From Utricularia gibba (lineage: Eukaryota; Plantae; Magnoliophyta), in contig CM007991.1 in NCBI GenBank assembly GCA_002189035.1, forward strand, positions 2,108,001 through 2,172,000: a stretch of DNA of 64,000 bases, in the 5' to 3' direction. The notes beneath the pieces were generated by a model, which made no database searches, was not told the origin of the DNA, and saw nothing but the letters and a program-made list of their open reading frames with translations. The position numbers and the translations under genes were made by a program. The number at the start of each line of letters is the position of its first letter. The first letter of the stretch is position 1. This document shows, one piece after another, positions 51,703 through 64,000 of the stretch.

Positions 51703-53590
51703 ATGTACGGGGGGCGGGGAATCTATACCGTCTGTGTATTGGTTCTTCTCATGGCGGCCGCCGCGGTGGCGGAGGACCCGTATCTGTTCTTCAACTGGAA
51801 GGTCACGTACGGCACCATCTCTCCTCTCGGCGTCCCAGTGACCGGAATCCTGATCAACGGCGAGTTTCCCGGCCCCAAGATCAACTGCACATCCAATAAC
51901 AACATTTACGTCAACGTCTTCAATCATCTGGATGAGCCACTTCTCCTCACCTGGCATGGGATCCAGTTGCGGAAAAACTCCTGGCAGGACGGAACTCCAG
52001 GGACGATGTGCCCGATTCCGCCGGGAAAAAATTACACTTACAAGTTCCAAGTTAAGGACCAGATCGGGACTTTCTTCTACTACCCCACCACCGCCCTCCA
52101 CCGCGCCGCCGGCGGAATGGGAATGCTCCAGGTCCGGTTCAACGCGTAACTAATAGTAATCTTATCCCTGAACTCCACCCGTGTTCTTTTCTCTTTCGAA
52201 TAGGTTCACAGTAGAGACCTTATTCCGGTGCCCTTTGATCGCCCCGCGGAGGAGTTCGCCGTCCTGACCGGAGACTGGTACAATAAAGGCCACAAGGCCT
52301 TGAAGCGCATCGCCGACGCCGGAAGGTCGATCCGCCTCCCCGACGGAATCCATATCAACGGAAAATCGGGACAAGTCGGGGACGCATCCACGCCGGCCAT
52401 GTTTATCGTGGAGGCAGGGAAGACTTACCGGTACGGACTTAAATCAATTCATTATTATAAATTCAATTATTTTAATGTATAAATATATCATTTTCCGGTC
52501 AGGTTCAGAGTCTGCAACGTGGGCATGAGAGCTTCCCTGAACTTTAGGGTTCAGGGGCACGCCATGAAGCTGGTGGAATTAGAGGGATCTCACACCTTGC
52601 AAAATGTGTACAACTCCTTGGATCTTCACGTCGGCCAATGCATCTCCGTGCTCGTCACCGCCGATCAGGCTCCGGGGGACTACTACTTGGTCGTCTCTAG
52701 CCGGTTTTTGAAGAAGGAGATGTCCACGGTGGCGGTGATTCGTTACGCCGGTAGCAGGAGGGCTGCCACCCCGCAACTCCCCCCTGCGCCACCGGTGAAC
52801 ACGAGGGGAATCCAGTGGTCTATGAACCAATTCCGATCGTTCCGATGGAACCTCACCGCAAGCGCCGCCCGGCCGAACCCGCAGGGGTCGTATCACTACG
52901 GCAAAATCAACATCACCCGCACCATCAAGCTCGTCAACGGTACGGACTATCAATCGGAAAAAGATGAGAAAAATATCATTCTTTATTACTTGCATTGTTT
53001 TCTACGACAGGTAGATACCTAGTGGATGGTAAGCTTAGGTTTGGCATCAACGGTGTCTCCCACGTCGACGGCGGAACTCCGGTGAAGCTAGCGGAGTACT
53101 TCGGGGTTTCCGAGGAGGTATTCAAATACGATTTGATGGGCGATGAGCCTAAAGCAGGCGATGATGTGAATGCGATTCTGGCACCGAATGTCGTAAACGC
53201 GACATTCCGGAATTTCGTGGAGATCATCTTCGAAAACCGGGAGAAGAGCATGCAAACATGGCATTTGGACGGGCACTCCTTCTTCGCGGTGGCGATCGAA
53301 GCCGGGAGATGGACCCCGAGAGAAGGAGTGCGTACAATCTCATGGACGCCGTGAGTCGGCACACGATTCACGTGTACCCGAACTCGTGGGCGGCGGTGAT
53401 GACGACGCTGGACAACGCCGGGATGTGGAATCTGCGATCGGAGATGAGGGAGCGAGCCTATCTAGGGCAACAGTTTTACTTCAGCGTGCTGTCGCCGGAG
53501 AGATCACTGAGAGACGAGTACAACATGTTGCCGGATCAGCCTCTATGCGGCGTCGTTTCGGGCTTACCCCGCCCTTCTCCGTACACTTGA
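51703..53590 (+). CDS. SKS: SKU5-similar multicopper oxidase-like protein (L-ascorbate oxidase homolog, SKS11-14/NTP303-like; one apparent frameshift)
   Basis: AEDPYLFFNWKVTYG, LINGEFPGP, WHGIQLRKNSWQDG, QVKDQIGTFFY, SAARPNPQGSYHYG and LDNAGMWNLRS. Exons 51703-52131, 52204-52430, 52503-52939, 53011-53590. The frame shifts at 53314-53317. Confidence 0.93.
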
Positions 53591-53945
53591 ACCAAAGCAT
53601 CAGTCCATTTCGGGTGGGGGCTTGTTAATGAATATCATTCATTAACTCATAAAATATATTGAAATTTTTTATAAATCAAAAAAATATTTCCTTTTTTTAA
53701 GTCATTAATTATAAATTTAGAAATAAATAATTTTATTTATTTATTCTATGAGATGCGTCTAGGGTTTGAAGTTGGTCTTGCGTATTCAACTCAACACTGT
53801 GTTCTCATAATGGGCTTTGGATAGCTTATTGGGTTGGAAGGTCCCCTTTTTAAAAAAAATTATTTTTTAATAGAAAATTTGGGCACTTTAATTTTTGGTA
53901 GCACTCAGCCGAGAAACCCTTTCACCGGAGGTTTCGTTTCGATCC

Positions 53946-54908
<963 letters not shown>

Positions 54909-55575
54909 ATCATCATCATCATCAACACTAGCAGGATCTCTTGTGTTTTCATTTCACTTGCGACATACTCGAAACCTGCTTTCTGTTGACCTTATGGCAC
55001 CAGCCGTGTTTCGGGTATTCTTTTTTACCCCCTTTGCACAATAACACCACCAGTGTAACTTCTGGGAGCTAAAAACAGGCCATTGAATGCTTCTTTTCTG
55101 TACCATTAACCATATTTCGCCCGCAGTTGCTGTTCTAACTTTTCCGTGAAGGATGATGCACCCGTGGGAGCCAACCAAGAAACACAGGGAAAGTAAAAGG
55201 TTGTGAAGTGTTCTAGCTATTCTATCGGCTTGTTACCATAGAGAGCCATCACTCGTTTTTTTGTACTTTAACGAGAATCCCTTGGGGGTGCATGGCTGGT
55301 GAAGCGAATGGTATCAATCCTGTGTTAAAAGGTTGTTTTGCAATTACTACTACTAATGTTCAACATCAAAACAGAGCCCTCAAGACTGAAAATGCAGACG
55401 GTTCATCTAAAAAGTTCTCCATGGTATCATCCTCCAAACCAACGATGGAATTCCTAAATGAAACACCACCTGAGCTCCAATGGAGGCAGGCGGTTGTTTG
55501 ATGACAGCATACCAACCAAACAACTCATGCTTACGAGAATGAACAAAACCTATAACCCACAATCACCGCGACCAC

Positions 55576-58500
55576 TTAGCGTCTGCAAAACATGAACAAG
55601 ACAACATGCATGAGTCAGTTGCCCCGCAGAGGAACAACAAGCAAAAAAAAAAAAAAAAAAAAAAAAAAACTGACTTCAAATTATATCAAGTAGATGAATA
55701 AGAAAAACGATATTTCAACCTGGAACCATCATAATCTCTTGAACGTGACCGTGATCTACGATGAGACCTCGAGTCATAGTTACGAGAACGATCCTTTTCC
55801 CTGTCGTAGCGATGGTCACGATGCCGATCATGATCTCTGCTAGCACGATGATAGTCACGTCTGCGTTCACGACCATCATCCCCATCATGATCTCTAACGG
55901 GTTCACTGTCACGCTCACGGCTTCTCTGGTCTCTTGATCTGAATCAAAGTAACCAACTTGCAGCTGCACTGGCAGAGTAAAAAAAAAAGGGGGATAGAGT
56001 TCCAAGCAGATTGAAACATAACCTTCTGTCTTCTTCATGGGCTTTCCGCTTCTTATCTCTCTCTTCCTAGCAAAGGCCATTGATGGAATAGCTTTTAGTG
56101 TTGCATGCTTACAAAGTTTCCAGAGAAAAACATGTAATAATATGTCATGGCAGACACGATATTAAAGGTAAGTTGAAAGGAAGCTTCCATGAGATAAGTA
56201 GAATGGAATCATTAAAGAGATCAATAATTCAATAAGCAGAAGACATAAGCAACAGACGCACCTTCAACTCAGCCAACTTCTCACGAATGAGCATATATCC
56301 TAAGTGGAGCTTTCCACCAAAATGATCTGCTAAACGCCGATCACTGTAAATCACATGAATATTTCTTGTTATACCAATACCAAGGGCCTATACCATGGAT
56401 CAACTGTAATCAATGTTGGCAAGCATATTCTCTAGAGACAATAGCATGATCAACAATCAAAAACAGAAAATGACGCACATTCTTTAGCTGCAAAAGTTAT
56501 CCTCGTAAAACTGGGCCCAAAAAGCCTGCTGGTGACAAGGAGGTATAATGGCTGTATCAATGACTAAGTACTTTGTAACTACTAATTTTGTAACTAGTAC
56601 CAAATTAAGTACTTTGAAAACCAAAACCATGATAAACTATTACCTGTCATAAACACTCAAGAAAGCTCCACATATGTCACAAACCCGAAGCTTTTGATCA
56701 GTCTGAGTACGAGGGGAATAGAAGCATTAAAAAAAGGTAAACAGCCCCAATTTCCACATACAAATCAGCATTGGATATGCATCCAGAAAACTGATACTGT
56801 TGTATCATAAAAAATGACTTACAATGCGAACATCTGCAGCTGTATACTTGGAAGAATCTACCACAGGTTCCGGTCTAGCTGGAAGCTGAGAGAATTCATA
56901 TAATGAAAAACTAATTGGGAAGAAAACAAATGTGTGAAATATGCAAATATGACAGCAACAGCACATGTCTTTTGCATATGGTGAGGCATAGCCGATGGAA
57001 ATTTATAGAATAGATGGGGACCTTCTTAAGAGCTTCAGCCTCCTCCAATGCCTTCTGGGCTTCATCTACCATGCCCTTCTCGCCTAAAATGCTCAAAAGC
57101 ATGCACAAATGGACGCAATCAGATCACACGTGGTGAAAGATCATAAAGAGTGTTAGTAAAATTTAGAACGCCTGAAAGTATTAATTCTTTGGTGTCACAA
57201 AAAACCCCTTTGAAGCATCGTCTTTCGAGTACATGATTCTTGAGAGACAGTTTTTTTTTTTATACAAAACCCTTCAATAATGATCCAATGATGCCAAAAT
57301 CTAGACAGACTGATGCAACAAATTCCTACCACAAAATATATCTTACCAAGCTCTTCAGCTTTCCTCAGTTTCTCATTGATCATTTCTTGGATGTGCGGAT
57401 CTGAAACAGCTGCAAGGGTCACCTGAGCATTTAAAGGCTGAGGCAGAGATGCACGATCCTTGTTGAAGGCATCCAAAAGAAGCATTGACTGCAATGCCAT
57501 ACGATCAAAATTTACCTTCCACTACCTGAAAAAAAAAATGCTCTTAAAAGGAAACACATGTGATGCTCTGTCATACCTGCTTGTCAGCTCTTTTAATTCT
57601 AAGTTCTTCAAGTTCTTCTAAAGCTCGGATCTTCATGTCAGTCTTTCCTTCTAAATCTTCAGGGCAAAAAATGAAGCAATTTTTTTAAAACACTTGACAT
57701 GTTCTCGTCAGTACTATGAGTTAACTTTACAAATTAAGAAGCACCAAAAAGAGCCTAAAGGAATCACACATACGAATTCAAGTATGAACAAAATTAGACG
57801 CAAGAAAAAAAGAGTTCAAAATCATGATATGATAAACTAACCAAATTGATCAGCTTGTTTCATCTTTTCCTTTATTTGCCTTGACATCTCAGCAATCTCT
57901 GGCATCTGCAAATCCACACGCTTACCATCTAAACTCTAGAGAAAGCAAATGTGTAGAAGGTGAATCTACTGGAAGATCAGAACTCGACCTGTGTAACTTC
58001 TGTCACTGAGATGGCCACTGCTGCTTTAGCATCTTCTTCATCCAGTCTCCTCAAAGCTCTAGAAATTTTTCTATCACATTCGACAATAAGCCTGTCGATA
58101 TTATCCTCCAGATCCCTGTCATAATTATCCACTCCTTTTGCTTTAGCTTCCTCATATCTAAGGAATAGTTAAAGGGCACGCACAAAAGAACGTGCCTTCC
58201 ACAATTGGCTCAAGCTCTAAACGGTAGCTTTAATGAAAGGCAGTCTAATTATCACACCCATCTCCAACAACAAAATTCCATCTTTTCGTTTATTACTAAT
58301 AGCCCACACAAAAAGATAAGTCATGTTAAAATTTATACTACTTTTATTGCAAATAACCACTAAAGAAAATCCCATAGCAAAAAAAGGATACTCTTTCCTC
58401 AGCTGTAAAGAATGCAACTTGGGGCAGGGTCCCTTATCCATCTTCTGCAACATGAATGAGGAACAAAGAAGACAAGTGAGATATCAAAACCGCATTACAA

Positions 58501-58721
58501 AGGCATTGTGTCGCAAGAAGACAAAGAAAATCAACAAAAGATCTTACAAAACGCATAAAAGTAAATATACGCACAGTGAGCTGGAATAAGTCGTGGGGGC
58601 AGAGACCGGCAAGGTAGAGGCGGCAGACATCACGGTCGTAGTACTTGCGCTTCACCTCCTGAGAATCTCCGTTCCTATTGGCCCCCATGAGCACATCAAG
58701 CTGCTTCCTCAACGCATCCAT
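55576..58721 (-). CDS. LUC7: LUC7-like U1 snRNP protein
   Basis: MDALRKQLDVLMG, ZnF1 VCRLYLAGLCPHDLF, ZnF2 LRVCDICGAFLS...DHFGGKLHLGY and an RS/RD-rich tail. About 12 exons. The last 7 coding nt (55582-55576) are inferred. Confidence 0.95.
58158..58391 (-). other. U12-type (minor spliceosome) GT-AG intron in LUC7
   Basis: 5' site GTATCCTTTT and branch-like CCCTTTAAC about 12 nt before the AG. Splicing restores LRKE/YEEAK. Confidence 0.85.
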
Positions 58722-58940
58722 GGCCGCTTCTATCCTTCCCCAAGCGTGTCTCCGATTCGAATACCTAGGTTTTCATCCGCACCCCTCTTTTCAATTGAAT
58801 ACCTTAGAAGAGGCGATAGATTGGGCCGGATTATGCTGACGTGGAAAATAGTGTATATTTTTAATCACAAAGTCAAATAGTCTAGTAACCAAATTAGGCC
58901 CAATAAATAGGCCCAAATGGCTGTCGAGCCTACGAGACCC
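58722..58940. promoter_or_regulatory. Shared divergent promoter region between LUC7 and beta-COP, with Site II elements
   Basis: TGGGCC 58822-58827, GGCCCA 58897-58902 and GGCCCA 58910-58915 lie between head-to-head genes. Confidence 0.6.
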
Positions 58941-59742
58941 CCAGCTCGACGCTGTAACGTTAGAAGCAGGCACTCCAGTTCTTCTTCTACGACGTTGATC
59001 CAGATCTGGTACAGGAGGTGAAGAAATTACCCAGTTCAATTGATCGTTTTTTGGAATTCTAAATTTTTATTCTACTTTGATCTTCCTACAAGCGTTTCAG
59101 ATTTCAGATCTCATCTCTTGATTGATATTTGCGTGTTGCTTGGCTTTTCATTGCGTTGATGAATATCGATTCGTTTATTTCTGGATCCGTATTGCTTGTA
59201 GCATTACCTACCACCAGATGATTTACATTTCACTCACGGATCCGCTCATTTCTCTGGTTGACTTGTTTTCAGAATCGGGTTCAGTTGTTATGCCGTAAGC
59301 TGTTCTGTGGATAGTAATCGCCGCGACCCATTTTTATTTTATTCTCCACAGCATCTTAACTTGTATTTTGTTAAAGATGAGTTAAAGTTTGTTTAGATGG
59401 GGCAACGTTATGCGGTTATGTATTTTTCAATCTTTTTTCTCTGTTTTTTTGGTTTGAATCAATGGTCTTTATGATCCCTGTACTGTTAATTTTGTTCTCA
59501 TAGCAGAATTTATGCGTACTTAACGTGTATATTGTGTTAAGAGTAGCAGATTGGCTGTTCCCGATTATTATTTTTTTTTCCTTTTTTTTGATTTTCCTAT
59601 ATGTTTCTTTGACGCCTTTCAGGTTCTTATGACATGGCTTATAGACCTGTGTGTTTCAAAGCGTTTTGCTTAACAGTGTTTCTTCAGAATCTTCCAGGTG
59701 TAGAGTATATCACCAAATAGACAAATTGGATAAGGGGTGAAA

Positions 59743-62700
59743 ATGGAGAAGTATTGCTCTCTGTTGGTGCACTTTGACAAGGGTACACCAGCACTGGCCA
59801 ATGAGATCAAGGAAGCACTTCAAGGCAATGATGTTCCCGCTAAGATTGAGGCCATGAAAAATGCAATTATGCTGATGTTGAATGGTGAGACGCTCCCACA
59901 ACTCTTTATTACTATTGTCAGATATGTTTTGCCATCCGAGGACCATACTGTCCAGAAACTTTTGCTACTATATTTGGAGATAATTGATAAAACTGATGGG
60001 AAAGGTCGCGTCCTACCAGAAATGATTTTAATATGCCAAAATCTACGGAACAATCTGCAGCACCCAAATGAATATATTCGTGGTGTCACTCTAAGGTTTC
60101 TTTGCCGGCTGAATGAAGTGGAGATCATTGAACCTTTGATTCCGTCTATTATTGCAAACTTGGAGCATCGAGTTCCTTATGTTAGGAGAAACGCCATTCT
60201 TGCTGTGATGTCAATTTACAAGCTGCCACAAGGTGAACAGTTATTGGTAGATGCGCCAGAAACCATTGAAAAGTTTCTCTCTACCGAGCAGGATCCATCA
60301 GCTAGAAGGAATGCCTTTCTTATGCTTTTCAACTGTGCGCAGGATCGTGCTATTAATTACCTTTTGAGCAATGCAGATCGTGTCTTGGACTGGGGAGAGT
60401 TATTGCAGATGGTTGTCTTGGATCTGATACGAAAGGTATGTAGAACACGGAAGGATGAGAAGGGGAGATACATCAAAATCATTATATCTTTGTTAAATGC
60501 CCCCTCAGCTGCCGTGGTTTATGAATGTGCTGGAACGCTTGTTTCTTTGTCGTCTGCTCCCACGGCTATTAAAGCTGCTGCGACTACATATTGCCAGCTT
60601 CTTATTTCTCAAAGTGACAACAATGTCAAGCTTATTGTGCTTGATCGCCTGAATGAGCTCAGAGCTTCCCACAGAGAGATAATGGTGGACATGATAATGG
60701 ATGTTTTGAGGGCGCTGTCAAGTCCAAACGTCGATATTCGTAAGAAGACACTTGATATTGTTCTGGAACTCATCACACCACGCAATGTTTCTGAGGTGGT
60801 TTCAACCTTGAGGAAGGAAGTTGTGAAAACTCAAAGTGGTGAGCTCGAAAGGAATGGTGAGTACCGCCAGATGCTCATTCAAGCTATTCATTCATGTGCT
60901 ATTAAGTATCCTGAAGTAGCTAGCACGGTTGTCCACTTGCTAATGGATTTTTTGGGAGACAGCAATGTAGCATCTGCAATGGATGTCATTGTTTTTGTCA
61001 GAGAGATAATAGAAACCAACCCAAATTTGAGGGTCTCTATTGTCACTAGGCTTTTGGATACCTTTTATCAGATCCGAGCTGCTAGAGTTTGCATTTGTGC
61101 TTTGTGGATTATTGGAGAATACTGCCTATCACTATCTGAAATTGAGAGCGGCATCACAACCATAAAACAGTGTCTTGGAGATTTGCCCTTCTTTTCTATT
61201 TCTGAAGAAGAAGAATCTATTGATGCCTCTAAGAGGAGCCAGCAGGTAAGTACAATGTCTGTGTCATCTCGGAGACCAGCCATTCTTGCTGATGGAACTT
61301 ATGCTACTCAGAGTGCTGCCTCTGAAAATGCATTTTCCTCTCCAGCTGTAATTCCGGGATCACCAACTGTAGGGAACTTGAGGTCCCTTCTCCTTGCTGG
61401 TGATTTCTTTCTTGGTGCAGTTATTGCATGCACCTTAATAAAGCTCATTCTAAGGTTGGAGGATGTTCAACCACTGAAAACTGAGGTGAACAAAGCATCC
61501 ACTGATGTAGTGCTGATTTTGGTTGCGATGCTGCAGCTGGGTCAATCATCAGTTATCTCCCACCCAATAGAGAATGATTCTCGTGACCGGATTGTTATCT
61601 GCATAAGGTTGCTGCTAAGCAATATGCGTGATGACCTAAGATCCATCTGGCTGGCTTCTTGCCGTGAGAGTTTTGTTAGGATGCTTTCTGATAAAAGGGC
61701 TCGTGAAACAGAAGAAATCAAAGCAAAGGCACAGATTGCTCAATCTCAGCCAGATGACCTCATAGACTTCTATCACTTAAAAAGCCGGAAGGTTGGAAGT
61801 CTTTTTCATTTTTTTTTTTCGTGCCTGAGGATGTCCTGGAATTTTTGGTTGAATTTGTTTATGGCTGGATTTTTTTTGTGTCATGCTTCAGGGAATGAGC
61901 CAGTTGGAGCTTGAAGATCAGGTCCAAGATGATCTTAAACGTGCCACTGGGGAATTTACTAAGGATGCAGATGATGCAAATAAGTTAAATCGCATAATTC
62001 AACTCACAGGGTTCAGTGACCCTGTATATGCAGAAGCTTATGTGACCGTTCATCATTACGATATTCTCCTTGACGTGACAATCATTAATAGAACAAAGGA
62101 GACCCTCCAGAATTTGTGCTTAGAGTTGGCGACTATGGGAGACCTCAAACTTGTAGAGCGGCCTCAGAATTACACCATCGCACCGGAGTCCAGCAAGCAA
62201 ATAAAGGCAAATATTAAGGTGTCATCCACTGAAACTGGAGTCATATTTGGCAACATTGTTTATGAAACCTCGAATGTGCTTGAGCGAAATGTTGTTGTGC
62301 TCAATGACATCCATATTGATATCATGGACTACATATCCCCCGCTGTCTGCACAGATGCTGCTTTCAGAACCATGTGGGCAGAGTTCGAATGGGAAAACAA
62401 GGTAATCAATCTCTTTTCTGTGACGTTACTAATATCGAATACAAGCCATTAGTGAACTCGCTTCGAAGCTGTATATGGTTGTTTTTTCTCGTTTATTTTT
62501 ATCAACTATTTGTTCTTCTCCCAGGTTGCCATCAATACGACAATCACAGATGAAAAAGAATTTCTTGATCATATAATGAAGTCAACAAACATGAGATGCC
62601 TTACTGCTCCGTAAGTCCTCCCGACCTCCCTCCCCAGTTTTTTTCTTTTGCAGATAAGGAACAAAGTTCATCCTAGCTCAGGCCAAGCATTGTTTTTTTG

Positions 62701-62953
62701 TTTTTCCTGGAATCCCCTGGTAATGTTGGAATGCAATCCACTGTCCAGGTCTGCTCTGGAAGGCGAATGTGGATTCTTGGCTGCAAACTTGTATGCCAAG
62801 AGTGTTTTCGGGGAAGATGCCTTAGTGAACGTCAGTGTGGAGAAGCAGGCGGATTCCAAACTCAGTGGATACATCAGAATAAGGAGCAAGACTCAGGGTA
62901 TCGCCCTCAGCTTAGGTGACAAAATCACCTTGAAACAGAAGGGAGGGAACTGA
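59743..62953 (+). CDS. COPB1: Coatomer subunit beta (beta-COP)
   Basis: [55 protein letters not shown] and [18 protein letters not shown]. Exons 59743-61791, 61892-62401, 62525-62610, 62749-62953. A 5'UTR intron of about 59.0-59.7 kb is likely. Confidence 0.97.
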
Positions 62954-63299
62954 TCCCTCCATCTGCTTAGAAGATGATTACCAAGAACAGGTTTTGCATT
63001 CATGTAGCCATTTTCTCGTTTTTCGGATCTTCGATACCCCGTTATTCGAGTTTGTATTATCAACAAATACTTTGGTCTCAGTTGCCATAAACTTCATTGG
63101 TTCCTATTCAAAGTTTGGATATCAAAAGTGCTGTAAAATAAATAAATAAATGTTTTTACATTTTTACTATATAATTAATTAATAATAATTAAATTGTATA
63201 AGTTTATGCCAAAAATTCATCAAAAACACCCCTGCTCCATGCGCGGACGCTGTGCTTCGATTGCTGTGCCTTGCTCTTATAAATTTTTTTATTCCGATT

Positions 63300-64000
63300 A
63301 ATTACTTGATCGCCTGTTTCGTTCACCCATCGCCATCTTTGCAAGTTTTACGGGAGGAAAGGGGGCGCCTTGTTCTTCCTTTCGTTTTTCCTCTTGATTC
63401 GTCTAGATCTGGTTTATGAGGTGAAGGAATTTCATGTTTTTTTTCGTGGTTTTTGATAAGTTTGTGTATGTGACGTTCGTTGAGTTCGAGGCTGTTTAAT
63501 TTCGGATCCCCAAAACCCTCCTCCGTAATTTTTCTGGATTTCGGACTATAGTTTTTTTGCGATACTTTTGTTCAGCTGTGGCTTTGATATGCGTAGCCCT
63601 TCGCCTTCTGTTAATCTGGTTTTTGCTTTTACCCTTCTCACGAATTTGGTGATGGGTATCTTTCTCCTTGGGAAGATTCCTTTTTTTCCCATTTTATGTA
63701 ACTCTGGTATATGGGCTAATTGTGTTTTTTTTTTTTTTTTCTGTGTTTCATGTTCAGCAGCTCGAAGGAAAAACCCACACTCGGGTAAGTTTTCAAAGTA
63801 CATATGTTCTTTTGAAAATATCGTACCTTTGTTCTTAATGGAGCTCATCCTTCTCATCACGTGTATTTGTAAGTGTAGATAAATAGGACTGGCATTCTTG
63901 ATCCGTGAAATTTGAGTCACATCACTGCATTTTTTTTATTTTAATTAACGGGAATAGCTGTTTTTAATGAGAAGTCAGTTATTGATGATCTACTGCACTA
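63300..64000 (+). other. Probable 5'UTR and leader intron of the next gene (CDS beyond the window)
   Basis: CT-rich leader, then GAG|GTGAAG donor at about 63420 (the same motif as in the beta-COP leader), followed by T-rich intron-like sequence. No supported CDS. Confidence 0.4.

Noticed and set aside
57489-57576. Strong upstream AG in a LUC7 intron that would add a premature stop (poison acceptor at 57526)
   Set aside because: Its use would need a 51-nt intron, shorter than plant introns usually allow, and there is no transcript evidence.

Overview
Eukaryotic, very gene-dense flowering-plant nuclear DNA, with about 1 gene per 3.3 kb and mostly 70-900 bp introns. The species cannot be determined from the sequence alone. 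I can support 18 intron-resolved protein-coding genes, in order: PYM, an NHL/LEA_2 protein, alpha-tubulin, PRP40, CHIP, a G-patch/C2H2 protein, a DUF3755 SANT-like protein, organellar Lon, Alfin-like PHD, a RING+PHD protein, a DnaJ+DUF3444 protein, GDT1-like transporter, APR-like thioredoxin, a kinase-less LRR receptor-like protein, cytosolic pyruvate kinase, a SKU5-similar multicopper oxidase, mitochondrial ACP and LUC7. Beta-COP is a 19th, and the leader of a further gene is probably at the right edge. Two regions look coding but stay unassigned (32.3-33.6 kb and 44.1-44.5 kb, both minus strand). I saw no tRNA, rRNA, CRISPR array or intact transposon. Main observations: (1) five frameshifts in four conserved genes between 39.7 and 53.3 kb, all repaired by adding one base to a short C/G run, which most likely reflects long-read consensus error; (2) an alpha-tubulin that ends in Glu, with no C-terminal Tyr; (3) a U12-type intron in LUC7 and three obligatory GC-AG introns; (4) a codon-wise diverged copy of 44 nt of Alfin exon 3 inside the next intron; (5) an orphan 119-aa ORF with a possible OB-fold-like pattern; (6) a possible degenerate B3/ARF-like remnant. 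Family assignments rest on my recall of homolog motifs, not on database searches.
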